Shown: piece by piece, positions 10,234 to 19,761 of the stretch
Numbering within the stretch: the first letter of the stretch is position 1
How the letters are laid out: each line of letters starts with the position of its first letter
Source of the DNA: a virus
Taxonomy: Duplodnaviria; Heunggongvirae; Uroviricota; Caudoviricetes
Virus record (IMG/VR): IMGVR_UViG_3300027007_000013
Length of the DNA: 64,000 nt
Reading direction: 5' to 3' (one strand)
Notes under the pieces: model-generated
Database searches by the model: none
What the model saw: the letters and a program-made list of their open reading frames with translations, nothing else
What the model was told of the DNA's origin: nothing
Position numbers and translations under genes: made by a program

Positions 10234-10662
10234 AGCCGTCCGGCGGAGAAACGCGCGGCCGCGATGATGGAGTTGCTGGAGGAGGACGGGACGATGAGCG
10301 AGGGACACGACGACTCGACCGACCCGGAGTGTTGGCGGGAGTCGTTCCTGGAGAGTGCGTTCGAGGAGGCGTCGACGATGGTGACCCGCGCTTCGATGGC
10401 GTACGACGAGGAGCACGGTGAGATGAACGACGAGATGCACCCGATGGACGTCATCCGCGGGGAGAACCTGCTCCGCGTCTACGCGACGAGTCGGCCGTGG
10501 GCGATCCCGGTCGTGGTGGTCGAGGTCGCAGAGGCGCCGGCGTACTTCGACGAGCACAGCATGCTGACCGACGTTCGGGAAGTGTACGCCCGACGAAAGC
10601 CGGGGCTGTCGGAGGACCCGACGCACGTGAAGATCCAGATTCGTCCCGGGAGGCCACGGTGA
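10231..10662 (+). CDS. hypothetical acidic protein
   Basis: 143-aa ORF. Confidence 0.5.
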   Translation: MSRPAEKRAAAMMELLEEDGTMSEGHDDSTDPECWRESFLESAFEEASTMVTRASMAYDEEHGEMNDEMHPMDVIRGENLLRVYATSRPWAIPVVVVEVAEAPAYFDEHSMLTDVREVYARRKPGLSEDPTHVKIQIRPGRPR

Positions 10663-10835
10663 GCGACGTGGCGCGCGAACCCGGTGAGTCGTCGGTGGCC
10701 GAGATGTCGACGGAGTCGCTGCTGTTCCAGACGGCGATGAACGATCGCTATGGTGGCGAGGTCGCCGACCTGATCGACTGGGATCTCGACGTGGAGATGC
10801 GTCGCGAGCTCGCGTCGCGAGGTGTCGAATGGTAG
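10659..10835 (+). CDS. hypothetical small protein (GTG start)
   Basis: in-frame GTG abutting the upstream stop. Confidence 0.35.
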   Translation: MSDVAREPGESSVAEMSTESLLFQTAMNDRYGGEVADLIDWDLDVEMRRELASRGVEW

Positions 10836-10940
10836 TGTACGCCGCGACAGCCCTGGTCGTCTGGCTCGGTGGCCTGTTCGTCCTGTGGCTCGTGTTCATG
10901 GGGACGAAGCAGACAATCGAGCACAGGAGGGCCGAGTGAT
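10832..10940 (+). CDS. small hydrophobic single-pass membrane peptide
   Basis: MVVYAATALVVWLGGLFVLWLVFMG..., 36 aa. Confidence 0.3.
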
Positions 10941-11199
10941 GGCGAACTTCGGATGGTCGTACCCACCGGGCGCGGCGAACGACCCGGCGGCGCCGTACAA
11001 CGAGCCCGAGCGACCCGAGCCCGGGACTGTGATCACGCACGACGTCGCGGAGGCGTACTGCTCGACCTGTGACGAGACGATCGGGCCGCAATCACCGGAC
11101 GTCGTCGCGGACATGCTCGTCGCAGAGCACGAGGGGCACCTCGTCGAGGTGGAGTCGTGGACGGAGGAGGAAGTGTGGGAGGGTGACGATGCCCGGTAG
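10939..11199 (+). CDS. hypothetical protein with CxxC
   Basis: 86-aa ORF containing CSTCDE. Confidence 0.45.
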   Translation: MANFGWSYPPGAANDPAAPYNEPERPEPGTVITHDVAEAYCSTCDETIGPQSPDVVADMLVAEHEGHLVEVESWTEEEVWEGDDAR

Positions 11200-11353
11200 C
11201 TACGAGCGCCACCTGGACGAGTTCGGCATCTGTCGCTGCGGGGCGTCCCGCTCGGGAACGGAGCCGATGTCGCTGGAGTACCAGGACGACATGACCGGGC
11301 GATGGGTAATCGAGCAGGTGCCGGCGTGCGCTGACTGTTTCGGGCTGCTGTAG
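11189..11353 (+). CDS. hypothetical Cys-rich small protein
   Basis: 54 aa, with CRCG...CADC. Confidence 0.4.
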   Translation: MPGSYERHLDEFGICRCGASRSGTEPMSLEYQDDMTGRWVIEQVPACADCFGLL

Positions 11354-11762
11354 CCCAGCGCCCTTTCCGCTTTCGCGCGCCGCCCCGCGCCCGCCCTGTC
11401 TGGTCCGTCAACTCCGCGAGGTGATAGTAGAGGATCTGATTAAATGCAGGAATCGTGATGTGAATACAACCCATCTACCCCCACCGCCGTGGGCCCTACT
11501 CGGCGACGCCTTCTGACGGCCGTAGCCCCTACCCTCCAGGGTTGGCTCACGGCCCCCCACGCCCCGTGTACCGGGATTCATGCGCCTGTCTACGCCTGTC
11601 TCATTTCATACTCTCCGATGATACGACCCCCTCTGTTTCATCTCCGCGACCCGTCGCGTCAAACCGGCGGTGTATCAGATAGTAGAAACATTTAATATCG
11701 TATCACTCCAAGGATAAGATAGGACACCGGTCAAAACCGGTGGCCAACTGGAGTGACCAGAG

Positions 11763-12221
11763 ATGGCAAACGAGACCCAGGCGACTGAGGCACAGCAGAC
11801 GACCATCGCGGGCGACGTCGACGTCGTCGACCCAACGCAGCACGTCGTGGGCTTCAACGCGAAGACGATGAAGCGCGCGAAGTGGGAGGAGTACGACTTC
11901 GTGGTGACGGAGTCCGGCAACGTCGAGGTGCGCAACGCGTCCTACGGGGACGACGCGGACGAGCACACGTACCACGTGGTGACTGACGCCGCGGGCATCC
12001 CGAAGTGGTGCCTGCACGCGCTGAGCGACGCGCACGAGGACGACTGGAAGCCGTGCCCGGCGATGGCCTACCACGCGGCGAAGAAGAACAAGGCGACGGG
12101 CCTCGAGACCGACGAGCTCGTGGCGCGGGGCGAGTACAGAGTGTGCAAGCACGCTCTCGCCTACGCGCGCAACGAGGCGATCGTTCAGGCGGTCCGCCGC
12201 GTCAAGCAGGGTGACAACTGA
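11763..12221 (+). CDS. SWIM-type zinc-finger-like protein
   Basis: C..H...C..CKH pattern (KWCLHALSDAHEDDWKPCPAMAYH...CKHALAY); preceded by a 5'-hairpin variant and a GGAGTGA Shine-Dalgarno-like element. Confidence 0.5.
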   Translation: MANETQATEAQQTTIAGDVDVVDPTQHVVGFNAKTMKRAKWEEYDFVVTESGNVEVRNASYGDDADEHTYHVVTDAAGIPKWCLHALSDAHEDDWKPCPAMAYHAAKKNKATGLETDELVARGEYRVCKHALAYARNEAIVQAVRRVKQGDN

Positions 12222-12412
12222 TGTCGTGCCCGAATTGCGGCGGGGAGACCGGGCCGAACCCGGTGCGCGACGACCCGCGGACGCCGGCGATGGGCGGGCA
12301 CGATCCGGGACCGACCGTCGTGTTCTGCTCGGCGGAGTGTGTCGAAACGTATGACGGCGACCCCGTGCCGGCCACGTGGGGCATCGCTATCAGCAGCCCG
12401 GAGGGACAGTGA
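12221..12412 (+). CDS. small zinc-ribbon protein
   Basis: MSCPNCGG...CSAEC. Confidence 0.45.
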   Translation: MSCPNCGGETGPNPVRDDPRTPAMGGHDPGPTVVFCSAECVETYDGDPVPATWGIAISSPEGQ

Positions 12413-12639
12413 TGTTCCTGTTGGATGTCTACGCGGACGCTCACGACGAGTACCCGGTGCGGACGCTCGAGGCGACTGGTGTGGGGACGGCGGTGCTGAC
12501 GGCGGCCCGGACGGCCGAGTCCCTCGCGGACGAAGCGTGCCGGCTCCAGGTCGGCGCTGCTGGCGAGGATGAACTGTTCGAGATGTTCCCCGACCCGGGG
12601 CATGGGACCGTGGTGGTCCGGGAGGTCGGTCGCCGATGA
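12412..12639 (+). CDS. hypothetical protein
   Basis: ATG overlapping the upstream TGA. Confidence 0.4.
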   Translation: MFLLDVYADAHDEYPVRTLEATGVGTAVLTAARTAESLADEACRLQVGAAGEDELFEMFPDPGHGTVVVREVGRR

Positions 12640-12830
12640 ACGACGTCGAGTACGCGCTCTCCTGTGTCGAGATCGTGCACGGCTACCGCGATTACGTTCC
12701 GGAGGAGGTGCTGATGGGCGAGCCCGAGGTCGAACGGTTCGACAGTGCAGTGGCGAAGCTCGAACGCGCGATCGAGATGATCGATCCCGACGACCTCGCA
12801 GCCTACCACCAGCAGCGGGAGGCCGAGTGA
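12636..12830 (+). CDS. hypothetical acidic protein
   Basis: 64-aa ORF. Confidence 0.45.
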   Translation: MNDVEYALSCVEIVHGYRDYVPEEVLMGEPEVERFDSAVAKLERAIEMIDPDDLAAYHQQREAE

Positions 12831-13009
12831 TGGTGGCCCGGCCGCGGCGCTGGATGGTGGTGACCGACGCCTGGACTGACGCTGAGTCGCCCGTGTTCCG
12901 TCGCATCCGGTCGAAGTTGGAGGCGCACAAGCTGGCACAGTTAACCGTGCGAGCGTACGACGATGGACGCCCGGTCGATGTCGTGGAGGACCTGAGCGAT
13001 GAGCGGTAA
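12830..13009 (+). CDS. hypothetical protein
   Basis: internal ATG of ORF 12569..13009. Confidence 0.4.
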   Translation: MVARPRRWMVVTDAWTDAESPVFRRIRSKLEAHKLAQLTVRAYDDGRPVDVVEDLSDER

Positions 13010-13124
13010 CGTGCGCTGGCGGGGCCAGGAGTTCGGCGACGGCCAGTTCATCGTCTGGGAGGGTGACCCGAACACGTCGAAGGCGTACGTGGCCGGGACG
13101 CCAGTCCCGAACGAGCCCTGAGCT
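13002..13124 (+). CDS. hypothetical small protein
   Basis: 40-aa ORF followed by the conserved 3' boundary element. Confidence 0.3.
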
Positions 13125-13333
13125 GTTCCGCTTTTGCGCCGCGCCCCGCCGCTCGCCGACCCTGTCGTGTTTTCCTGTCGCCCCCTCGCGCGGCGTGGTG
13201 CGGCAACCCGGTGCCCTTGCGATGTCTCGGGTTTACCAGCAGTATCAAGTTATTAACATATCTTTATACTCGCTCCTCTCTTAGGTTAGGATAGGCACTG
13301 GGGAAACCCGGTGGCCATCTGGAGTGAAATCGA

Positions 13334-14998
13334 ATGGCAAGCAGTGACAACGACGTGGAGTACAGCACGGGACAGATCGGCGTCGACGAGGAGCGTATCA
13401 TCGACGAGCTGATCTTCAGCCAGGCGGAGGGCATCGTCGACGGCATCCGCGAGCTGGCGCAAAACGGCGTCGACGCACCCGGCTCGACGAAGGTCGAGAT
13501 CAACGTGACCCCGGAGCGGACGGTCGTGGTCGACGACGGAGACGGGATGGACCTGAGCGACGAGTCGGTCCGGGAGTTCCTGACGAACCTGGGCCAGTCG
13601 ACGAAGATCGACGATGAGGAGACGATTGGCCAGTTCGGCATCGGCTTCGGTCAGGCGCTGGCGGTCGGGAAAGTGATAGTGCACAGCCAGGACTCGAAGG
13701 TCGAGTTCGACGCGAAGAACTGGTTCCGCGACTACCGGCTGTACGAGGCCGAGGAGCACTTCGACGGCACGAAAGTGACGATCGAGCACTACGAGGACGA
13801 GGTGCCCGAGGCGGGCGCGAGTGAGTGGTCCGACCACCTCGCCGACATCCGCACCCGGTTCCAGTACATGGAGCTGGTCAAGGGCGTTGAGGTGTGGCTG
13901 AACGACGAGCAAGTATCCGGATACGACCCGGCTGAGGACGATGAGAACGCCACCGTCTACGACTCGGAACTGGCGTACATGGTCCTGAAGCACGAGAGTT
14001 ACGACTGGATAACGGTGTACTCGGCGGGCCTGAAAGTCACGGACGTCCGCGGCCACGGCATCGGGGGCACCGTGATCACGAAGCGCAACCTCGAGCTGAA
14101 CACGGCGCGGAACAGCATCCGGTCTGGGTGCGAGGTCTGGCCCGAGGTCGAGGCCGAGATCGAGGAGGCACGTGTCGAGCTCCTGGACGCCGTCTCTGAT
14201 TCGAAGCTGACGAACAGTGGTCGCGCGGCCGTGGGCCGCCTGGCCGCCCAGGGACACGAGGGGTTCGAGGACCGCGAAGTGTTCAAGCTGGCGAACGGTG
14301 AGATGACCACCCTCGAGACGATCCAGAGCCGAGACAGCATCATGTTCGCTGACCAGACGGACAAGGCCGGGGGCAAGCTGGCTGACCACGGGAAGACCGT
14401 CCTGATGCGCAGCGATGGCGCGGTTCAGGCGATTCGGGAAGCGGTGAACCTCGGTCAGCTGAGCATCCCGGAGACGAAAGACGTCCAGGCGTCGGCGGCC
14501 GCGATGGGCATCGCGAACGGCTACGAGATCCTCGAGCCCGAGGAGTTCCACAGCAAGCCCCTGGCGATGGCCCGCATCCTGCGGGAGAAGATGGAGCAGT
14601 ACAGCCCCTACGCGCTGGACCGGGAGATCGTGGCCGGAGCGGATAGCGGGGCCAACGCGTGGACGAAGCCGGACCCGTCGACCCTGAACCCGGTGGAGAC
14701 GGCGGCGATCGCCGACTCTGAGTTCGAGTCGTTCGTCGCGATCACGGACACCGCCTACAGCCAGTTGGCGAGCGAGGTCCTCGTGCTCGAGCTGTGGCGC
14801 ATCCTGGCTCACGAGTTCGCCCACACGGAGGATTCGACGGGTGAGCCGTCCCACGGGTCGGGCTTCGCGATGCGCTTCCGCAAGATCCTCGACAAGACCC
14901 AGCCGGCGGCCGTCGAGCTCCTGAACGAGATTCGCCAGGATGGTGTCACGGCAACGTTCGAGCGATACGACCACGGCGTCCCACACGCCCGCGCCTAA
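13334..14998 (+). CDS. GHKL-family (Bergerat-fold) ATPase with a C-terminal HExxH motif
   Basis: N-box ELAQNGVDA, G1 VVDDGDGM and G2 GQFGIGFGQA resemble Hsp90/MutL/MORC-type HATPase motifs; C-terminal LAHEFAHTED. Preceded by the cassette promoter and hairpin. Confidence 0.7.
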   Translation: MASSDNDVEYSTGQIGVDEERIIDELIFSQAEGIVDGIRELAQNGVDAPGSTKVEINVTPERTVVVDDGDGMDLSDESVREFLTNLGQSTKIDDEETIGQFGIGFGQALAVGKVIVHSQDSKVEFDAKNWFRDYRLYEAEEHFDGTKVTIEHYEDEVPEAGASEWSDHLADIRTRFQYMELVKGVEVWLNDEQVSGYDPAEDDENATVYDSELAYMVLKHESYDWITVYSAGLKVTDVRGHGIGGTVITKRNLELNTARNSIRSGCEVWPEVEAEIEEARVELLDAVSDSKLTNSGRAAVGRLAAQGHEGFEDREVFKLANGEMTTLETIQSRDSIMFADQTDKAGGKLADHGKTVLMRSDGAVQAIREAVNLGQLSIPETKDVQASAAAMGIANGYEILEPEEFHSKPLAMARILREKMEQYSPYALDREIVAGADSGANAWTKPDPSTLNPVETAAIADSEFESFVAITDTAYSQLASEVLVLELWRILAHEFAHTEDSTGEPSHGSGFAMRFRKILDKTQPAAVELLNEIRQDGVTATFERYDHGVPHARA

Positions 14999-15280
14999 GC
15001 GGGCCGTGGCGCGGCAACCCGGCGTCGGACCGGCGTGATGCTGCGGATCGAATCCGCCCGACGTCCTGGCGGCCTTCGCTACTGTCAAGTGAAGTGACCG
15101 CCTACACCCGCCTGGATGGGTCGGAGCCGTTTGTGGTAGGCTCATAGGCGGTGCGCCCGACCCGTCCCACTCCAGGTGGCCACGGCGTTTGCGATCGGGC
15201 TGGCTCCCTCGGGAGCTAAGTGGTCGCGACCGCGGGGTATCGCTCCCCGTGTCACCTTTCGTACTGATTGCTCTGATACC

Positions 15281-15318
15281 GTGTACGTACGTACAGACGC
15301 GTGTGTACGTACATACAG
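15281..15318. repeat. GTACGTAC-containing palindromic element (variant of the 34-bp palindrome family)
   Basis: GTGTACGTACGTACAGACGCGTGTGTACGTACATACA, downstream of the GHKL gene. Confidence 0.6.
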
Positions 15319-15416
15319 CCTTTCGGAATCCTGACTTGTCAGAACCCTTTATTACCGTATCCTGAGAAGGATTACATGGACCTCGAGAAAGCCGAGGCCA
15401 GCTGGAGTGACCAGAG

Positions 15417-15728
15417 ATGACAGATACAGCACGACTTGTCGTGAATGGCTATGTGGAACCGAGCGAGCGAGATACCCGAATTGTGTCGATCCTGGGGAGT
15501 CTGGCCGGCGTCCCGGACGGCCACCAGTTCGACTATCGCGGGATGACGATCGAAAAGCGCGTGACGACCGAGCGAGCGCGGCGCGAACCCGAGATCGCTG
15601 TCTACGACCCTGACGGCGAGTACGTCGACCAGTTCCAACCGCTCCTGTTCTCGTCGTACGAGATCGTGGAGATGCTCGACGAGATGCGAGCCTACTGGGT
15701 CGAGGAGAGTCGCGCCACGGCACTGTGA
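15417..15728 (+). CDS. hypothetical acidic protein
   Basis: preceded by a 14-codon upstream ORF (15376..15420) inside the hairpin module and a GGAGTGA element. Confidence 0.5.
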   Translation: MTDTARLVVNGYVEPSERDTRIVSILGSLAGVPDGHQFDYRGMTIEKRVTTERARREPEIAVYDPDGEYVDQFQPLLFSSYEIVEMLDEMRAYWVEESRATAL

Positions 15729-15860
15729 TCGTGGCCGCGACAGCGGTCGCAGTCGTGGTCGTCGGCCTGTGGCTGTTCTACGCCCTGGTCGTCTACCTCG
15801 AGTTGTGACCGAAAACTGGTATTTACCGCGTGGGGCCTACCGTGACATGGAGTACCAGAG

Positions 15861-16181
15861 ATGCCCCGACCGATCGAACGGATGGGTTGTGTTGCCGACC
15901 GACTGAGCGACGAGTGGGAGCTCGATGACATCGTGATCGAGCCGTCGGCGACCGTGACAGCAATCTACCGTCACGTATCCGGGGCGTACGTCATGTGGTC
16001 GGCCGACCCGGGACACACGGTACAGTTGTGGGAGGCCGACGGATCGGTCGAGACGTGGCTCGATGACGACGAGTTCGCTGACCTGGATTCGGCGACCGAA
16101 ACTGTCCAGACCTGCGTGGAAGTCATCGAACATGCGACCAACCGCGCCCTACCACCAGCAGCGTCGACCCCGCGCCCGTAA
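15861..16181 (+). CDS. hypothetical acidic protein
   Basis: 106 aa, with the GGAGTACCAGAG leader. Confidence 0.5.
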   Translation: MPRPIERMGCVADRLSDEWELDDIVIEPSATVTAIYRHVSGAYVMWSADPGHTVQLWEADGSVETWLDDDEFADLDSATETVQTCVEVIEHATNRALPPAASTPRP

Positions 16182-16356
16182 CGTTCCGCTTTTCCGCACC
16201 GCCTGCGCCAACCTGTCGACTTCCCGATTCAGTCTGACCTTGCTACGTTGTGTGATTACGGGCAAACACCTCAGATATACATATATTAATATTCACTCCA
16301 CCCTTAGGTAGAAGTAGGCCAGGAAAACTGGCCCACCCGAACGGAGATAGAGAAAG

Positions 16357-16506
16357 ATGCGATACAGAGTCTACGGTACGCACAGTGGCAACGAGTTTCA
16401 GGCACCTGTCGACGCAGTCGATGCGAGTGACGCGGTCGACGAGTTCCTCGAGTCGGTCGAGGACCCGACCGAGTTCAGCGACGTCGAGGCCGAGGTCTGG
16501 GGGTAG
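16357..16506 (+). CDS. hypothetical small acidic protein
   Basis: 50-aa ORF 10 nt after the GGAG that follows a hairpin variant lacking an ATG. Confidence 0.4.
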   Translation: MRYRVYGTHSGNEFQAPVDAVDASDAVDEFLESVEDPTEFSDVEAEVWG

Positions 16507-16509
16507 CCG

Positions 16510-16680
16510 ATGTCTGGCGAACCCCACACGGGCCCGATCGACGCACACGTGTGCGAGCTCGAACCGCTCGATGGCGACGAGTTCGCGACCGTCCACAGCA
16601 AGGGCCAGTGCACGATCTGCGGGACCGTGACGACGCCGGCCCGGGGCGTGAAGAACGCGAAGCGACAGCGGATGTGGTAG
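16510..16680 (+). CDS. small zinc-ribbon protein
   Basis: CELEP...CTICG. Confidence 0.35.
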   Translation: MSGEPHTGPIDAHVCELEPLDGDEFATVHSKGQCTICGTVTTPARGVKNAKRQRMW

Positions 16681-16682
16681 CG

Positions 16683-16991
16683 ATGGAGACAGAGAACGTC
16701 GCGATCGTCTCGCTGGAGGCGGCTGAAGTTGCCCGACGCGAGTTGGACATCCTGATTGAACAGACTGGCGGCCCGAACGCCGGGATCGATGAGTCGTGCT
16801 CGCCGATGGCCCTCGCGCGCCAACGCATCGAGCGCCTGGAAGGCGAAGGGATAGACCCGTTCACCGTGGCGACTGTGCTGCAAGTCATGTACGGCGTCGC
16901 GGAGGAGCGTGGTGTCGAGATCAGTAGCGCCGACCCGTTGCAGGACGACGTCTTCCGGGCACGAAGCGAGTTCGAGTCGGATCTCGAGTAG
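16683..16991 (+). CDS. hypothetical acidic protein
   Basis: internal ATG of ORF 16551..16991. Confidence 0.45.
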   Translation: METENVAIVSLEAAEVARRELDILIEQTGGPNAGIDESCSPMALARQRIERLEGEGIDPFTVATVLQVMYGVAEERGVEISSADPLQDDVFRARSEFESDLE

Positions 16992-17398
16992 TCTCGACCC
17001 TGCTGCGGTTTGCATCGTTCCTGGTGGTAGTGAGCGGTTCGATTCCGTGACGATGCCTGGCCCCCGAGCCCTCAGACGATACGTTGATAGGTTCGCGGGG
17101 CCTATGCTCACGCGGCATCCGTTAGTGATGCCGTTCCGTTCGGGTGGGATAGCACGCGTCGGGCTGTCTCGGCAAGGGCAACCACGTCAGTCGAGATCAG
17201 AGGCTCGTGCAAACCCGTTGCCCGGGGCATTTGTCCCCGGGCGCCCTTTGGTACCGCCTCGAGCGAGAGCTCTTGTTCTCTGACATCGCGTATCCGCGCC
17301 CGAGCGCGCAAACCCGGTGTGATCATGCTACGATCCTGTTCTATCAGCAATATTATCTGACAAAGATATTATTATATCAGCTCCAGCCTAAGGTAAAG

Positions 17399-17520
17399 TA
17401 TGGCACGAAAAAGCCACTCGAGCGGAGATAGCGTGAACAAGCAGCGGTACCGCGGCAACGAGTCGACCGCCGACTTCGACCTGGGCGACGCACTGAGCCA
17501 GATCTCGGAGAGCCGCGAGG
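17399..17520 (+). CDS. small acidic protein, MARKSH start
   Basis: 40-aa ORF beginning inside the hairpin element. Confidence 0.35.
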
Positions 17521-17532
17521 AGGACGAGGACG

Positions 17533-17742
17533 ATGAGTGAGCGCATGCACCGGGAGCCGAGCAAGTTCTCGGCTGACGAACTGTCAATCGGCGACGAGAT
17601 CGTGGTCGCTGGCCTCGTCCACGAGGTCATGTCGGTGGGAGAGCCCGGGAAGCAGTGCCTCGTGCGGACGGACCGGGGCGCGTTCTCGAAAGACGGCCTG
17701 AGTAGCGGGATCGACGACGGCTCCGTGGAGGTGCGCGACTGA
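17533..17742 (+). CDS. hypothetical protein
   Basis: 69-aa ORF. Confidence 0.45.
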   Translation: MSERMHREPSKFSADELSIGDEIVVAGLVHEVMSVGEPGKQCLVRTDRGAFSKDGLSSGIDDGSVEVRD

Positions 17743-17942
17743 TGCCGATGGCATGGGGCCTCGACGAGTCGTGCCCAGACTGTGGCGAGGACGAACTGAT
17801 CTGGTGGACGAAAGACGAGACTGAACGTGTCGACGAGGTGAAGGTGGACTGCACCGCCTGCGGGATGGCGTTCCCGAAGGAGATCGTCGAGAAGACTGAC
17901 GACACTCCTCGCGAGGAGATTGCACGGGGGATCGTCGCATGA
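17742..17942 (+). CDS. zinc-ribbon protein
   Basis: CPDCGEDE...CTACG. Confidence 0.45.
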   Translation: MPMAWGLDESCPDCGEDELIWWTKDETERVDEVKVDCTACGMAFPKEIVEKTDDTPREEIARGIVA

Positions 17943-18565
17943 GCTTCGAGTTCGACGAGGACTACGAGCTCGATGCGATGTTCGAGGGCGCGACCGAGTT
18001 CGACCCCGAGTACCAGCGCGAGCGGATGCGCGAACAGCTGGAGATCGCGGCCTGGGACATCCGTGAGGGACACGTCGAGGACGGCGAGACTTGGACGATC
18101 GAGGAGCCCAGCGTGCTGACGCCGGACCCGCTCGACGACACCGACTTCGAATGGACGCTGCGCTTCGACGACATCGACGTGCTCGGTGACGAGAGTGTTC
18201 CCGGTGTGTTCGAAGTGATGGACCCGGAGGGAGAGTACGCCGGTCAGTTCGGTGCGTACGAGGATGGCGAGGAGCTGTTGAACGCGCTGGGCCACATCGC
18301 CCAGACGTTCCACCGCGACCGGGAGATCGCGAAGTTCCACGCCCGCGTCGACGAGATGGAGCCCGGCGACAGTCACCTGCTCCCGAGTGGGAAGATCGAG
18401 CTGCGCGATGCCGAGAAGGCCGCGATCTTCGGCCCGGGTTACGAGGAGCGGGTCGTGACCAACGCCGACAAAGTGACGCCGAAACTCGTCAAGCGCGTCG
18501 AGGGCGACTGGCGGGCTGAGATGCGCGAGAAGTACCGCGGGACCCCGATGGAGGAGGAGTTCTGA
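17939..18565 (+). CDS. hypothetical acidic protein
   Basis: 208-aa ORF. Confidence 0.55.
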   Translation: MSFEFDEDYELDAMFEGATEFDPEYQRERMREQLEIAAWDIREGHVEDGETWTIEEPSVLTPDPLDDTDFEWTLRFDDIDVLGDESVPGVFEVMDPEGEYAGQFGAYEDGEELLNALGHIAQTFHRDREIAKFHARVDEMEPGDSHLLPSGKIELRDAEKAAIFGPGYEERVVTNADKVTPKLVKRVEGDWRAEMREKYRGTPMEEEF

Positions 18566-18741
18566 ATGACCTACGAGATTCCGGCCAACGCAAGTGACAG
18601 AGACGAACGTATCGCCGAGCGGATGAACGAGATGCTGTTCAACGAGTTCGACATCCCGCTCGATGATTTCGAGATCCTGAGTGAAGAAGCAGGCTCGTTC
18701 GAGATCACGATCGAACCAGGTGTCGGGACGGTGGACTGATG
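18566..18741 (+). CDS. hypothetical small protein
   Basis: 58-aa ORF. Confidence 0.4.
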
Positions 18742-18879
18742 GGCGTCCCCGTGGGTGAGGCTGATGGTGAGTTCGCTGTGGAGCTGACGTGCGTCGCCTG
18801 TGAGGGCACGTTCGAGACCGATGAGACGATGCCCAACGATTGCCCCGAGTGTGGGCGGCTGAGCTACACCGCGGCCTGA
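18739..18879 (+). CDS. small zinc-ribbon protein
   Basis: CVACEG...CPECG. Confidence 0.35.
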   Translation: MGVPVGEADGEFAVELTCVACEGTFETDETMPNDCPECGRLSYTAA

Positions 18880-18947
18880 CCGCGCTCCGCTTTTGCGCAC
18901 CGCCCCGTCGAATGAGTTATCAGTTTTGCGGTAGTATCGCCGAATAG

Positions 18948-19460
18948 ATGAGTGACGATCGCAAGCCGTGGGAGAACCCCGTGACGCTGGCGCGGGCCTA
19001 CGCCGAGTACGGCTCGGCTGAAGGCGTCGCTGACGCCTGGGGCTGTTCCGAACGGACGATCCGAACGTGGCTGCACGAGCACGACGAGATCCGCGTCAAG
19101 CGACAGGGTCGACGGCCGAGCTGGGAAGACACCGAGCCCCCGAACCACGTCCTCGAAGACGACGAGGGCTACGAGATCGTCGAGGCGTTCGTTCCCGTCC
19201 GCGACGACCGTGGCGAGCTCGTGAAGATCGAACGCAAAGCCGTCCGCATGCACCGGCTGATGTGTGTCCTCGAGTGGGGGTTCGACGCCGTCTGCGACAT
19301 GGAAGTGCATCACCAGGATGGAATGAAGTTGCATAACTTGCCGCGGAACCTGGTGCCGCTCGATCACCTGACGCACGCGAACATGCAGACGCATCGGCGC
19401 TGGCGGATGCCCTGGGTCGGTGACTACGAACAGGGCGACCCCGGCCCAGTGGACGCGTAG
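18948..19460 (+). CDS. HNH endonuclease with N-terminal HTH
   Basis: HTH-like GVADAWGCSERTIRTWL; HNH core EVHHQDGMKLHNLPRNLVPLDHLTHANMQTH. Confidence 0.6.
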   Translation: MSDDRKPWENPVTLARAYAEYGSAEGVADAWGCSERTIRTWLHEHDEIRVKRQGRRPSWEDTEPPNHVLEDDEGYEIVEAFVPVRDDRGELVKIERKAVRMHRLMCVLEWGFDAVCDMEVHHQDGMKLHNLPRNLVPLDHLTHANMQTHRRWRMPWVGDYEQGDPGPVDA

Positions 19461-19474
19461 TGGGTTACGTCTGG

Positions 19475-19620
19475 TGCGTATCCCACGTGTCGCGCGCGTT
19501 TCACGGGTCGCGTATCCCGCGCGCGTTATCCCAGGTGCGTATCCCGGGCCCTCGTTCTCGTGTACAGCGTATCCCTTGTGAGAGCACGCGAGAGCCCTCT
19601 CCCCCAGTAGAGATACGCAC
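19475..19620. repeat. iteron cluster 2: five direct copies of GCGTATCCC plus one inverted copy
   Basis: copies at about 19477, 19510, 19523, 19537, 19567, with an inverted copy at 19611; immediately 3' of the HTH-HNH gene. Confidence 0.8.
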
Positions 19621-19761
19621 CCTTCGCATATCAATCGAGTTACGTAAGCAGCTATTGCCGATTCGGCGCCCCAGCGCGGCAACCCGGTGATTGCCAACCC
19701 CTAATCTATGACTCATGTTGATAAAGAAACACTTAATATCCCTCCACTCTTAGGTTAAGAT

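Noticed and set aside
11420-11480. Possible tRNA gene (ATAGTAGAGGA...TGAATACAACC)
   Set aside because: No acceptor stem, anticodon arm or T-loop can be formed. It is part of the 400-bp repeated non-coding element instead.
13286-15145. 619-aa minus-strand ORF antisense to the GHKL ATPase gene
   Set aside because: Arg/Val/Leu-rich low-complexity translation typical of the antisense frame of GC-rich coding DNA. The sense-strand gene has clear ATPase motifs.
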